Below are positions 1-10,503 of a stretch of DNA of 64,000 nt, one piece after another. The notes below the pieces were generated by a model. That model was not told the origin of the DNA. It saw only the letters and a program-made list of their open reading frames with translations, and ran no database searches. How positions within the stretch are numbered: the stretch's first letter is position 1; each line of letters begins with the position of its first letter. The position numbers were made by a program, and so were the translations under genes. The stretch lies in the NCBI GenBank assembly GCA_016199985.1, contig JACQFQ010000048.1, forward strand, positions 3,965 to 67,964, in the 5' to 3' direction. The stretch is from Verrucomicrobiota bacterium. Lineage in GTDB: Bacteria; Verrucomicrobiota; Verrucomicrobiia; Limisphaerales; UBA11320.

Positions 1-3000
1 GTGTCCGCGCAAAGCCCGTTTGGCCCGGTCGCTTATCAATGGCGCTTCAACGGAACGAATCTCTCCGACGCAACGAATTCAATTCTTACCCTGATTGCGC
101 CGGCCACGGACAAGGCGGGCCCCTACGACGTGATCGTCAGCAATCCGAATGGCTCGGTCACCAGCGCCGTGGCCCGAGTGACGCTGGACGCGAGCGAGCT
201 GTTCGTGGCTCGCCTCAGCCCCAGCGGCGTTGTCAATTCGAGCGTCGCGCGGCTGCGCGTTCAATTCAGCGAGCCGGTCGTCGCCGCCAGCTTCACGACG
301 GCGGCCGTGTCGGTGCGAGGCCCCGGCGGGCCATTGAACAGCGCCGGCTTCTCGATCGCTCAAGTCGATCCGCAGACCTTCACCCTGGACATTCCGGCGC
401 AATCGCTCGAAGGCCTCTACACCGTGGACATCGGCCCGGGGGTCACGAACCTTGCCGGCCGGCCCATGACAGGCGGCGTTTTTGCGCCGATCTACGCGAC
501 GGACTTTGAGGGAGGCGTGGGCGCGGAGTGGAGCGTCGAAACGACGACGACAGCGCCGGTGACCTCGCGGTTCTTGGGGCAGTACGCCAACCAGACCGCC
601 GCGCTCAGGCTCGGAGGTCTCCCTTCCCACACCCGCGCCCGGCTCGTCTGGGATTTCCTGGCCGTCGACAGCTGGGATGGAAACGCCACGGGCTGCTGCG
701 GGCCCGACTATTTCGGCCTCAACATCGAGGGCCTTCCGAGGCCGGCGTGGGAATACACCTTCTGGAACTACAGCGCCGAGGAGGGACAGACCTTTCCGGG
801 AACGCCCGACGTGGGGCGGTCCAATTTTGTCGGGAGCGGCTTTGCCGACTCGATCTACCGCAATCTCCAGCTGGACTTCGCGCACACCAGCGCCGATCTC
901 ACGATTGGTTTCTACGGGCGCAATCTTCAGGGCGTGGGCGACGAAGGCTGGGGCGTGGACAATGTGCGCGTGTTCCTCGCCAGCGCGACGGACGGCAAAT
1001 TCAGCGGAACGTTCACTATCGATAAGTCAGGATCTGTCGTAACGAACTTGTCCGTGGCGGGAACCAACACAGCGCCGGTCGCTTCTCTGGAGTTCTCCTT
1101 CAACGAGGCCATCCAGCCCGCCTCGATCACGGCCGAGGACGCGCAGCTGGCCGGTCCGATCGGCCAGGTGGCGATCGCGTCCCTGACCCGGCTCGAGGCA
1201 AATCGGTATCTCGCGACCTTTGCGGCCCAGCGCGTCAACGGCGCCTACACGTTGCGGGTGGGCCCGCAGATCCTGGACGCCGCGGGCAACGCCATGAACC
1301 AAAACCGAAACGGGACAAACGGCGAGGCCGACGACGCGTTCATCGGGACGTTCTACGTCTTCGTGCCTCCGTTGATTACGGAGAACCCGCGGAGCCAGAC
1401 CGTCGTTCGCAACTCCTCCGCGACCTTCGAGGTGGCGGCCCAGGCCACTCCGCCTGTGACCTATCAGTGGGAGTTCAATGGCGCAGCCATCCCCGGTGAA
1501 ACGAGCAGTGAGCTCAAGCTGAGCAATCTTCAGGTCCGCCAGTCGGGGTTGTATCGAGCCGCTGTGCGGGACGCGGGGGGGCTTTCCTACAGCGCGGCGG
1601 CGCAGCTGACGGTCAACTACTATGCGGGGCCGTTCATCGGGATTGGCCAGGCGGCCCGCGCGGCCCTGCCATCCCTCCCGGGAAACGGAGTGTCCATCGA
1701 GCTCTTCAACGGGATCGGCGGCGGCGGGCCTCCCGCGCCCGCGACGCTCGTTGGCCGCGCTCCCGACGGCCGGACGCTCAGCCCGGTGATTGATTTTCCG
1801 CATCCCGGCGCCGTCATCGACGTGGGCAGCGGCTTCAACACTTTTTTCCAGGACACCACCACTCCGCCAGAACAGGTCACGGGCCTCAGCGCCAGGAACT
1901 TCATCCTTCGGCATCGTTTTCTTCTGCGCGTGTCGAGGGATCTCGACCGCCTTCCTCAGACGCCCGAGATCGATGTGCAGATTGGCGTGGGCAGCGATGA
2001 CGGGTTCTGGCTGACGGCCGGGACGAATTTCCTCGGCGCGGCGGGCGACCGCGGGTTCAGTTTTTCATGGATGGACGTCACGTTCGAGGATGAGGGGCTC
2101 TACCCCATCGAGCTTCTTTACGCCGCCAACGCCGTCGGACAGAGCGGCCTGGAGTTGTGGTGGGGAACGACTCCCGCCAATAGTCAAACGCTCATTCCGC
2201 AAAGCGCTCTCTACGTTTCGCCCGATCTCGGAGATCGGATCATCACGTTCGAGGAGGCGCCTGTCGGCGCCGTGCTGAGCGATCAATTCCAGAATCTCGG
2301 CGTCCTCTTCCGAACTCTCAGCGGCGCGCCCGCGATCACCGCTAATTTCCCGACGAAGTTCGTGCCTGTCTCCGGCCGCAACGTTTTCGCCGATCCGCGC
2401 GACAACCCGCCGGAGCCGGTCGAGGTCGAATTGCAATTCGTCAAGCCGGGCGGCGGCCAGCCCGCCACCACGCCTTTCGTGAGCTTTTTTATCATCGACG
2501 CCGAGGCCAACGGCGCGCGCGTCACGGCTTTCGATCCAGGGGGCGGCCTGGTCTACTCGAATGAGTTTCACATCGGCGGCGCCGCGCAACAGCTCGTGGC
2601 CATCAGCGCGCCCAACATCGCGCGGATTCGCCTTTACCTGGGCGAGGGCGGCGACACCGCGGCGATCGACAATCTTTCCTTTCTCACCCCGGTCAGCCTG
2701 CCCGACCTCGCGCTGGAGGAGGCCACGGCCCCGCCCAGCGCGGTCAGCGGTCAGCCTGTCGCCCTCTCTTGGCGCGTCCGGAACCGCGGAGTCGTGGACG
2801 CTGTCGGGCCCTGGACAGACACCGTCCTTCTTTCCAGCGACAACCTGCTCGGAGGCGACGTGCCTCTCGCGTCGTTCACTTACTCGGACACCCTGGCGCC
2901 CGGCGCGTCCATCACACGGACTCAGACGGTGATTCTGCCGGCGGGCGCCGCGGATCGACGTTGGTTCGTGATCACCACCGATAGCGGCGGGGCGATCGAG

Positions 3001-6000
3001 GAGTCCGGGAGCGCCTTGAACAATTCGCTCGTCCTTCCCGCGCCCACCCAGCTGCTCGCGCCCGATCTGCTCGTGGATTCGATCGCGGCGCCCTCGGCGG
3101 CTCGGTTTGCGGGAACGGTGAACGTCGCCTGGGTTGTTAGGAATGCCGGCAGCGCGTCCATCGGCGCGAGCGGCGGCGATCGCGTCTATCTTTCCCCCGT
3201 GAGCAATCAACTCGCTGGCGCGACTCTTCTCGCGACGGCCCCGGCGGCCGCGGCGCTGGCCGCGGGCGAGAGCTACACGAACACGCGGCCTGTGGCGCTG
3301 CCGCTCGTCGGGGGTCTCCCGCCGGGCGACTACTACATTGTTGTCGTGGCCGACGCCACCCTGGCCGAGGCGGAATCGAACGAGAGCAACAATGTCCTCA
3401 GCAAGCCCATCGCGCTCAGCCTGCCGCCGCTGCCCGATCTTGCGGCGCATTCGGTCGTCGGCCCGGCGGTCGCCGCTCCGGGGACGACGATACCGGTGAC
3501 CTGGGTCGTCACGAATCTTGGGGCCGCGACGGCGACCCCCCCTTGGGCGGAAACGATCGCGCTCTCCGCGGACGTTCTCGGCGGCGGCGGCGTTGTCGTC
3601 GGAAGCTTCATTTTCAACGACCCTCTTCCACCCGGCGGCTCTCTCTCCCGGACGCAGCTGGTGACGATCCCGTCGACCGGCGTGTCGGGGGCCTTGAGGC
3701 TTGTTGCCGCCATCGACGCCGACCAGATCGTCGTGGAGTTGAACGAGGCAAACAACGCGGCCGTCTCGGCGGAGTCGCTTGAGGTTCCGGTAAACCTCAC
3801 CCTCCGCGTCGCGGCGACCACCGTGGCGGAGAGCGCGGGCGGTCTCGCGGCGACCGTCTCTCGCAACGGCGCGCTCGCATCGCCCGTCACGGTCAAGCTC
3901 GGCAGCAGCGACGCCACCGAGCTCGTCCCGCCGGCGAGCGTCACGATTCCCGCGGGGCTGGCTTCGGCGTCCTTCACTGTCTCCGTCATTCACGACGGCA
4001 TTGTGGACGGCCCCCAAGCGGCGACCCTCTCCGCCAGCGCGGCGGGCTACGCGGGCGACAGCGTCGTTGTCACCGTGACGGACATCGACACGCCGCGGCT
4101 TGCCCTGTTCCTGGCTTCGGAGGTCGTGAGCGAGGGGCAAACAGTCGGCGCCAGGGTTCGGCGCGATGGACCCACAACACAGCCCTTGATCGTGTCGCTC
4201 AACAGTTCCAGCCCCGCTCAACTTTCCGCCCCGCTGTCGGTGACGATTCCCGCGGGCGCGAGCTCCTGGACATTCACTCTGCTCGCGGTGGACGACACGC
4301 TGGTGGAAGGCAACGCGGATTACACGGTCACGGCCGCCGCCGGCGGTTTCGCGGGCGACGCCGCGACCGTGACCGTGATCGACGACGATGTGCCGACGCT
4401 CGCGCTGGCCCTGACGCGCGCCACGATCAGCGAGGGCGACGGTCCCACAGCCTCGTTCGGTGTCATCAGCCGGAGCGTGGCCACTCCACGGCCGCTGCAG
4501 GTGGGGTTGAGCAGCAGCAACACGGCGGCCGCGACCGTCCCTTCGTACGTCACCATTCCCGCGGGCTCGAATGAAACGACCTTCGCGATCGCCGCCACCG
4601 ACAACGGGTTCGTTGATGGCCTGAAGACGACCCTGATCTCCGCCGTGGCCACGGAATCGCTTACGGGGAATCCGATAGGCGCGCGAGCGGAGGAGCTGCT
4701 GCTCGTCAGCGATGACGACGGACCGACGTTGAAGGTCAAGATCGCCGCGGATCTCGTCGCCGAGGGCCTGAGTCCAGCCACCACGGCGGTCGCGACGCGC
4801 AACACGGCGACCGACGTCGCGCTCGTCGTCACGCTGGCCTCCAGCGATGTTCATGAGGCGACGGTTCCCGCGAGCGTGACCATCCCCGCCGGCGCGGCCT
4901 CGGCGGAGTTTCCCATCGCGAGCGTCGCGGATGGCGTCACCGACGGGAGCCATGCCGTGACGATCTCCGCGAGCGCCCCAGGGTTCACGACCGGATTGGA
5001 CACCCTGACGGTTTCCGACATTGACCTTCCGGATCTGATCGTCGCGAACGTCAGCGCCCCGACCAACGGGCTGACGAAGCAGCTCACCAGCGTCGGCTGG
5101 CGTGTGGAGAATCGCGGCTTGCGTCCCTCCGACGGGCGCTACAAGCAAACGGCGTGGCTTTCGCTGGATCAGCGTCTGACGAGCGACGACATCAAGATCG
5201 GCGATTTTGAACTGGAAGGGACGCTGCCCGTGGGCAGCGGCTTCGGGCAGACCGCGCCGGTGTTCCTGCCTGAGCAAGCGGGCGATTACTGGGTCATTGT
5301 GCAAACGGACGTGGCGGATGCGATTCCGGAGCTGCTGGAGAACAACAATATCGCGGTCAGCGCCCAGCCCATTCGGGTCCAGGCCGCTTACTACGCCAGG
5401 GTGTCGACCGACGTGACCACGGCCCCGGCCGGCGCCCCGGTCTCGCTGCGCGGTCGCGCGTTCCAGACGGACAGCGGCTTGCCGGCCCAATACGAGATCA
5501 TCGCGATTGAGATCCGCCTTTTGGGCGCGGTTCGAAGGCTGGCGACGTTGACCGATCAGGACGGAAACTTCGCCACAACGTTCCGTCCGTTGCCCAATGA
5601 AGCGGGCTTGTATGAGGTGGGCGCGGGCCATCCGGGCTCGGCGTCGCTCGCCACTCAGGCCCGGTTCACGTTGGTTGGATTCTCCGCGAATCCCGCCAGC
5701 GTGGCGCGGGAGGCGACGCCGGGAAACTCCATCAACGGCACGGTGGTGCTGCAAAACCTGGGCGCGGTTCCGATGGGCGGGATCAGCGCGACGCTCGTCG
5801 GCGTGCCGGCCCATCTTGAGGTGCAGGCCACCGCGCCTCAGACCTTGCCTGGCGACGGCGCGATCGCGTTGAGCTACAGCGTGCGCGTCCTCTCCCCGAC
5901 CCTCGGGCCGGCGAACTTCACCCTTCGCCTCATGGGATCCCCTGGCGTGACGGTTGACGTGCCTTTCCAGGTGACGGTCAAGCCGCTTGTCCCGCAACTC

Positions 6001-9000
6001 GTGGCGACGCCGTCGATTCTGGTCGCGGGAATGACTCGGGGGCTGCAGACCACGGTCGAGGTGGGCGTGACCAACGTCGGCGGAGCGGCGACGGGCCCCA
6101 TCGCTCTCAGCTTGCCGGATCTGCCTTGGCTGGCCGTCGCGACGCCGCAGCCGTTGCCCTCGCTCGAGCCGGGGCAGGGCGCGGCGATCACGCTCGTGCT
6201 CACGCCGGCGGCGGACTTGCCGCTCACGATTTACAACGGACAGTTCGCGATCAACACGGCGATCAACGCGATCGGGGTCCCGTTCAGCTTCCGCGCCGTC
6301 TCGGTCGCGGAGGGCGACCTGGAAGTCGCGGTGGAGGACGAGCTGACTTACTACGCCGCCGGCAATCCTCGTTTGGCCGGCGCGCGCGCCCGCGTTCTCG
6401 ACGCCTTCAGCAGCGCGCCTGTCGCGGAGATCCTGAGCGACGCGAACGGGACGGCCTTTTTCCCGCGGCTGGCCGAGGGCACCTACACGCTGCGCGTCGA
6501 GGCCGACAAGCACACGGCGTATCAGTCCATCGTGAAGGTGGCCGCGGGCGTGACCCATCGCGCCCGCGCCTTCCTGCCTCGCGAGCTGGTGAGCTATGAG
6601 TGGAAGGTCGTGCCGACGGAGATCCCCGACCAGTACCGGCTGCGGGTGGAATCCACCTTCGAGGCGAACGTGCCGCTGCCGGTGGTGACCGTGGATCCGC
6701 CGGTGAGCGCTCCTATTGTCGTCGCGGGCGAGACGGCGCAGATCGAAGTCACGGTCACGAACCACGGCCTGATCGCGGCCAAGGATCTGCGCATCGAGAT
6801 CGAGAACACCGACACGTGGAAAATCACGCCGCTTGTGCGGCAGGTCGGCGACCTGCCTGCCCGCAGCTCCATCACGATTCCCGTGCTCATTCAATTTCAG
6901 CCCGACGTCGAAGCGGCGATCACGAACGCGTTCTCGCCCGCCGGGCTTCGGACCGCCAGCGCGCGAGCCATCCGTCCGGCGGGCATCAGCTTCTTCAACG
7001 AGTGCAAGTTTCCGAAGCTCAAGTTTTTCTTCCTCATCGTCTGCGGGCCGGACCACTCCTGGCATCTGGTGGATCTCCAGCTGACGCCGATCCCCCAGGC
7101 GCCCGTCACGGGCAACGACGCGGCCAAGGCCTGCCTGAAGGCGCTCGGCGGCGCGGGCAAGGATCTTTACCAGAACAAGGATCCAAACATCGCGAAGCTC
7201 GCCTGCGAGTGCATCGGGAAGGCGATGCAGGCGATCGGCAACGCCACGGGCAGCCCCGGGGCGGAGAAATTCGGAGAATGCCTTTGCGCGGTGCTGACGC
7301 GCGATCCGATCGGGATCGCGAAGTGTCTGTGTCCCAAAATCGATCCTGAGGGCGCCCCCGGGCCGGCCCCGGCCGGCGGTTCGGTGTTCGTCGGCGCCGC
7401 TCCGACGAGCTATCCCTCGTCCGGCGGCGACTGCACGCCGGGCACGGTCATTGGGGGGGGCGGCACGATTGGCTTCAGCCGGGCCGCGTCCCTCCCTCGT
7501 CCTGCGGAAGTCGCGCCGGCGGGCGCGGGCGACGGCGGCGTCTGCGCCCATGTGCGCCTCCGGATCGACCAGGATCTGGCTCTGACGCGGCAGGCGTTCA
7601 AGGGCACGCTGGTGGTGAACAACCGCACCGCGACCGCGCCGCTCACGGGCATCGCTGTGCGGGTGGATTTCTTTGACGCGGACCAGGCGGTGGCGAACGA
7701 GCGTTTCGCCTACGCCCCGCCGACGTTGAGCGGCGTCACCGCGGTGGACGGCTCCGGCGTCATCGGGGCGGCGTCGAGCGGCTCGGTGGAATACACGTTC
7801 ATTCCCACGACGAACGCCGCGCCGAACGGGCCCGCCGCCTACCAGATTGGAGGCGAGCTCCGCTACACGGAGGGCAGCAACTTCGTTGTGATCACGCTGA
7901 ATCCCGCCCCGATCACCGTGCTGCCGCAGGCCTCGCTGAAGGTGGATTACTTTCATCAGCGCGATGTGTTCTCCGACGACCCTTTCACCCCGCAGATTGA
8001 GCCGAGCATTCCCTACTCGCTTGCGGTGATGCTGAAAAACCAGGGACGCGGCGCGGCGCATTCCGTGCGCATCACCTCCGCGCAACCCAAGATCGTCGAC
8101 AGCGACAAGGGATTGCTCATCGATTTCCAGATTGTCGCGACCGAGGTCGCCGGCGTCGGACTCACCCCGTCCCTCACCGCCGAGTTCGGCGAAATCCCGC
8201 CCGGGGGCATCGCGATCGGACGTTGGCTGTTGAAGTCCTCGCTCCAGGGATTGTTCATCGATTACGCCGCGACGTTCGAGCATGTGAACGGGCTGGGCCG
8301 GCGCGATCTCTCCCTGATCGACAGCGTGAACATCCACGAAATGATTCATCAGGTGAACGCCGATCGCGTGTTTGCCGACGGCCTGCCGGATTTCCTCGTG
8401 AACGAGATTCCGGATGTGAAGGACGATCCCGACACCCTGTATTTGAGCGACGGCCGGGTCATGCCTGTGACCCTGGCGACGGGGGGCGCCGCGGGCGCCG
8501 CGCCAACGGTTGGGCGGCTCGAAACGCAGTTCACGGCGACGTTTCCACCGGGCTGGGGCTACGTTCGCGTCCCCGACCCCGCGAACGGCGAACTGCGCCT
8601 CGTCGGGGTTCGGCGCGCCGACGGCTCGACTCTGTCGGAGGACAACTTCTGGGTGACAGACCGCACGTTCGTGGGGTTGGGACGCCGGCCCGTTCGCGAG
8701 AATGTTCTGCACTTGCTCGAGTACGAGGGCCGCGGCTCCTACACCCTTGTCTACGCGCCGCCGACGCCCGTGGACATCACGCCGCCGACCAGCGCGGTGA
8801 CCGCCCTGTCCGCGAACAGCCCCGCGCGGTTCCTTGTGAATTGGAGCGGCGTCGACCCAGCCCAGGGCAGCGGTCTTGCGAGCTTCGACATCTTTGTTTC
8901 GGTTGACGGGGGCGCGTTCGCGCTGTGGCGGCAAGGCGCCAACGGGAGCGGCGCGGTGTATTCCGGGTCGCTGGGGCATCGCTACGCGTTCTACAGCATC

Positions 9001-10503
9001 GCGACGGACGCGGCGGGCAATCGCGAGTCCGCGCCCGCCACTCCGGACGCCGAAACCTTCGCCAATTTGGTGAACACGGCCCCAGTGATCGGCGACGCGC
9101 CGACACAGGTCGTGGATGAAGGCGACCTGTTCCGATTCGCTCCGACGGTCACCGACGCCGACCAGCCTCCCCAGACGCTCACCTGGTCGTTGGTCGAAGC
9201 GCCTCTCGGGGCGGTCGTCAATCCCGCCTCCGGCGTCGTGACCTGGCTCACCGGCGAATCGCACGGTCCCAGCACGAACACATTCACCCTCAACGTGAGC
9301 GACAACGGATCGCCGAGCTTGAGCGATGAGATAACATTCGCCGTGATCGTCAACGAAGTGAACACGCCTCCCGCCCTGGCCCTGTTGGCCGGCGCGACGA
9401 TCCGAGAGGGCCAGCTGATGGTCGTCACCAATGTCGCCTCCGATTTCGACCTGCCGGCCCAGAGGCTGAGCTACAGGCTGGGGCCCGGAGCGCCTGCCGG
9501 CGCGAGCATCGATTCGGCGACCGGGGTTTTCAGATGGCGGCCCGCAGAATTCCAAGGCGGCACAAACTATCTGATCGCGATGATCGTCAGCGACGATGGG
9601 TTGCCGTCCCTGAGCGCGACCCAGACGCTGAGCGTTGTGGTGCGCGATGTTCGCAGCGACTTCCTCTTCACGGTGGGTTCGACGAACGCATTCATGGGCG
9701 ACAGCGGGTTTGTGCCGCTCCAACTCGTGTCGAGCGCCGACCTGACGAATCTGACGTTTGTGTTGGACGTGGATGAATCGCGGCTCAGCGGGCTCTCCGT
9801 TCAGTCGCTGGCGCCGGGCATCGGCTCCTCGTTCCAACCGATGGGCGCGAACCATTCGCAAATCCGGTTCACGGCCGGCGCAGGCGCTCCCTTGCATGGC
9901 CCGGTTACGCTGGGACGCTTGAACTTTGCCGCGCTCTCCAATGCGCACTCCGCCATCGTGCCGCTGACGGCGCTGGGAGTGGAAGGCGCGCAGGACAATG
10001 GCGCCTTGCTGACGCGCCCTGGCGTGGTGAATGGGCGAGTGTTCGTGTTGGGCGACGAGCCTCTGCTCTACGCCCGCGAGGCAACCAACGGGGCCCGCTC
10101 GCTCGTTCTCTATGGTCGGCCCGATGGGCACTACGTGATCGAGTCCAACAGGGGTCTCTCGGTGTTCGACCCGTGGGCTTTGTGGCGGGAACTCGATCTG
10201 AGCGGTCCGTATGTGATCTTTGAGGATGTGGAGCGCGTTGATCCGAAGGTCTTCTATCGCGCCTATCGCGACAACTCAGGCGGCGGCTTGGTGGCGGGCC
10301 TCAGCGCGCGGCGGCAAGGCGGGCAGCTGGTGATCGAGTGGCCGGCGACGCTGGGCGATTGCGTCCTGCTGGAGACGGCGTCGGTCGCCCATCCCACGTG
10401 GTCGCCGGTCTCTCCGCCGCCACAACTCGCCGGGGGCGTGTACTCGACCCAGGTTCCGATCGCAGGCGGGACGCGGTTCTACCGGCTAAGGTGCTCACGG
10501 TAG
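1..10503 (+). CDS. Giant secreted multi-domain surface/adhesin-like protein, 5' end truncated by the window edge (at least 3500 aa)
   Basis: One uninterrupted frame from base 1 to TAG at 10501-10503. The translation is a mosaic of extracellular modules: eukaryote-like Ig (YQWxFNG...), PA14-like (GSDDGFWL...YPIELLY), CARDB-like, Calx-beta-like, cadherin-like (NTAPVI / NTPPAL), cohesin-like, and a short C-terminal FYRL module. The frame is open at base 1, so the true start is probably upstream. Confidence 0.85.
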   Translation: MSAQSPFGPVAYQWRFNGTNLSDATNSILTLIAPATDKAGPYDVIVSNPNGSVTSAVARVTLDASELFVARLSPSGVVNSSVARLRVQFSEPVVAASFTTAAVSVRGPGGPLNSAGFSIAQVDPQTFTLDIPAQSLEGLYTVDIGPGVTNLAGRPMTGGVFAPIYATDFEGGVGAEWSVETTTTAPVTSRFLGQYANQTAALRLGGLPSHTRARLVWDFLAVDSWDGNATGCCGPDYFGLNIEGLPRPAWEYTFWNYSAEEGQTFPGTPDVGRSNFVGSGFADSIYRNLQLDFAHTSADLTIGFYGRNLQGVGDEGWGVDNVRVFLASATDGKFSGTFTIDKSGSVVTNLSVAGTNTAPVASLEFSFNEAIQPASITAEDAQLAGPIGQVAIASLTRLEANRYLATFAAQRVNGAYTLRVGPQILDAAGNAMNQNRNGTNGEADDAFIGTFYVFVPPLITENPRSQTVVRNSSATFEVAAQATPPVTYQWEFNGAAIPGETSSELKLSNLQVRQSGLYRAAVRDAGGLSYSAAAQLTVNYYAGPFIGIGQAARAALPSLPGNGVSIELFNGIGGGGPPAPATLVGRAPDGRTLSPVIDFPHPGAVIDVGSGFNTFFQDTTTPPEQVTGLSARNFILRHRFLLRVSRDLDRLPQTPEIDVQIGVGSDDGFWLTAGTNFLGAAGDRGFSFSWMDVTFEDEGLYPIELLYAANAVGQSGLELWWGTTPANSQTLIPQSALYVSPDLGDRIITFEEAPVGAVLSDQFQNLGVLFRTLSGAPAITANFPTKFVPVSGRNVFADPRDNPPEPVEVELQFVKPGGGQPATTPFVSFFIIDAEANGARVTAFDPGGGLVYSNEFHIGGAAQQLVAISAPNIARIRLYLGEGGDTAAIDNLSFLTPVSLPDLALEEATAPPSAVSGQPVALSWRVRNRGVVDAVGPWTDTVLLSSDNLLGGDVPLASFTYSDTLAPGASITRTQTVILPAGAADRRWFVITTDSGGAIEESGSALNNSLVLPAPTQLLAPDLLVDSIAAPSAARFAGTVNVAWVVRNAGSASIGASGGDRVYLSPVSNQLAGATLLATAPAAAALAAGESYTNTRPVALPLVGGLPPGDYYIVVVADATLAEAESNESNNVLSKPIALSLPPLPDLAAHSVVGPAVAAPGTTIPVTWVVTNLGAATATPPWAETIALSADVLGGGGVVVGSFIFNDPLPPGGSLSRTQLVTIPSTGVSGALRLVAAIDADQIVVELNEANNAAVSAESLEVPVNLTLRVAATTVAESAGGLAATVSRNGALASPVTVKLGSSDATELVPPASVTIPAGLASASFTVSVIHDGIVDGPQAATLSASAAGYAGDSVVVTVTDIDTPRLALFLASEVVSEGQTVGARVRRDGPTTQPLIVSLNSSSPAQLSAPLSVTIPAGASSWTFTLLAVDDTLVEGNADYTVTAAAGGFAGDAATVTVIDDDVPTLALALTRATISEGDGPTASFGVISRSVATPRPLQVGLSSSNTAAATVPSYVTIPAGSNETTFAIAATDNGFVDGLKTTLISAVATESLTGNPIGARAEELLLVSDDDGPTLKVKIAADLVAEGLSPATTAVATRNTATDVALVVTLASSDVHEATVPASVTIPAGAASAEFPIASVADGVTDGSHAVTISASAPGFTTGLDTLTVSDIDLPDLIVANVSAPTNGLTKQLTSVGWRVENRGLRPSDGRYKQTAWLSLDQRLTSDDIKIGDFELEGTLPVGSGFGQTAPVFLPEQAGDYWVIVQTDVADAIPELLENNNIAVSAQPIRVQAAYYARVSTDVTTAPAGAPVSLRGRAFQTDSGLPAQYEIIAIEIRLLGAVRRLATLTDQDGNFATTFRPLPNEAGLYEVGAGHPGSASLATQARFTLVGFSANPASVAREATPGNSINGTVVLQNLGAVPMGGISATLVGVPAHLEVQATAPQTLPGDGAIALSYSVRVLSPTLGPANFTLRLMGSPGVTVDVPFQVTVKPLVPQLVATPSILVAGMTRGLQTTVEVGVTNVGGAATGPIALSLPDLPWLAVATPQPLPSLEPGQGAAITLVLTPAADLPLTIYNGQFAINTAINAIGVPFSFRAVSVAEGDLEVAVEDELTYYAAGNPRLAGARARVLDAFSSAPVAEILSDANGTAFFPRLAEGTYTLRVEADKHTAYQSIVKVAAGVTHRARAFLPRELVSYEWKVVPTEIPDQYRLRVESTFEANVPLPVVTVDPPVSAPIVVAGETAQIEVTVTNHGLIAAKDLRIEIENTDTWKITPLVRQVGDLPARSSITIPVLIQFQPDVEAAITNAFSPAGLRTASARAIRPAGISFFNECKFPKLKFFFLIVCGPDHSWHLVDLQLTPIPQAPVTGNDAAKACLKALGGAGKDLYQNKDPNIAKLACECIGKAMQAIGNATGSPGAEKFGECLCAVLTRDPIGIAKCLCPKIDPEGAPGPAPAGGSVFVGAAPTSYPSSGGDCTPGTVIGGGGTIGFSRAASLPRPAEVAPAGAGDGGVCAHVRLRIDQDLALTRQAFKGTLVVNNRTATAPLTGIAVRVDFFDADQAVANERFAYAPPTLSGVTAVDGSGVIGAASSGSVEYTFIPTTNAAPNGPAAYQIGGELRYTEGSNFVVITLNPAPITVLPQASLKVDYFHQRDVFSDDPFTPQIEPSIPYSLAVMLKNQGRGAAHSVRITSAQPKIVDSDKGLLIDFQIVATEVAGVGLTPSLTAEFGEIPPGGIAIGRWLLKSSLQGLFIDYAATFEHVNGLGRRDLSLIDSVNIHEMIHQVNADRVFADGLPDFLVNEIPDVKDDPDTLYLSDGRVMPVTLATGGAAGAAPTVGRLETQFTATFPPGWGYVRVPDPANGELRLVGVRRADGSTLSEDNFWVTDRTFVGLGRRPVRENVLHLLEYEGRGSYTLVYAPPTPVDITPPTSAVTALSANSPARFLVNWSGVDPAQGSGLASFDIFVSVDGGAFALWRQGANGSGAVYSGSLGHRYAFYSIATDAAGNRESAPATPDAETFANLVNTAPVIGDAPTQVVDEGDLFRFAPTVTDADQPPQTLTWSLVEAPLGAVVNPASGVVTWLTGESHGPSTNTFTLNVSDNGSPSLSDEITFAVIVNEVNTPPALALLAGATIREGQLMVVTNVASDFDLPAQRLSYRLGPGAPAGASIDSATGVFRWRPAEFQGGTNYLIAMIVSDDGLPSLSATQTLSVVVRDVRSDFLFTVGSTNAFMGDSGFVPLQLVSSADLTNLTFVLDVDESRLSGLSVQSLAPGIGSSFQPMGANHSQIRFTAGAGAPLHGPVTLGRLNFAALSNAHSAIVPLTALGVEGAQDNGALLTRPGVVNGRVFVLGDEPLLYAREATNGARSLVLYGRPDGHYVIESNRGLSVFDPWALWRELDLSGPYVIFEDVERVDPKVFYRAYRDNSGGGLVAGLSARRQGGQLVIEWPATLGDCVLLETASVAHPTWSPVSPPPQLAGGVYSTQVPIAGGTRFYRLRCSR
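1690..2170 (+). other. PA14-like domain within the giant protein (approximate bounds)
   Basis: Motifs IELFNGIGG..., IGVGSDDGFWL, LYPIELLYAANAVGQSGLELWW resemble the PA14 carbohydrate-binding fold signature. Bounds set by eye. Confidence 0.45.
2701..3786 (+). other. Three tandem CARDB-like domains within the giant protein. A fourth lies at about 5026-5380.
   Basis: Each unit of about 120 aa starts with PDL(A/L/I)... followed by V.W.V.N.G and ends with NN..S. Units start near 2701, 3058 and 3421. Confidence 0.5.
3790..5025 (+). repeat. Four tandem Calx-beta-like repeats (about 100 aa each) within the giant protein
   Basis: Recurrent pattern L.L.....V.EG......V.R.G......V.L.SS......P.SVTIPAG..S..F.....DD..V(D/E)G.......A......D....V.D.D. 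Units start near 3796, 4095, 4395 and 4728. Confidence 0.6.
9073..9650 (+). other. Two cadherin-like (dystroglycan-type) domains within the giant protein
   Basis: NTAPVIGD...F.F.PTVTDAD.P.QTLTWSL...P.GA.VNP.SGV.TW, then NTPPAL...SYRLGPGAPAGASIDSATGVFRWRP...SDDG.PSLS. This is the typical bacterial cadherin-like pattern. Confidence 0.5.

Noticed and set aside
2065-10131. 2688-aa stop-free ORF on the strand opposite the giant surface-protein gene
   Set aside because: Its translation is dominated by Arg/Gly/Ala/Asp/His with no recognisable domain, signal or motif. The plus-strand frame, by contrast, encodes many recognisable extracellular domains. Long antisense open frames are an expected by-product of very GC-rich coding sequence.
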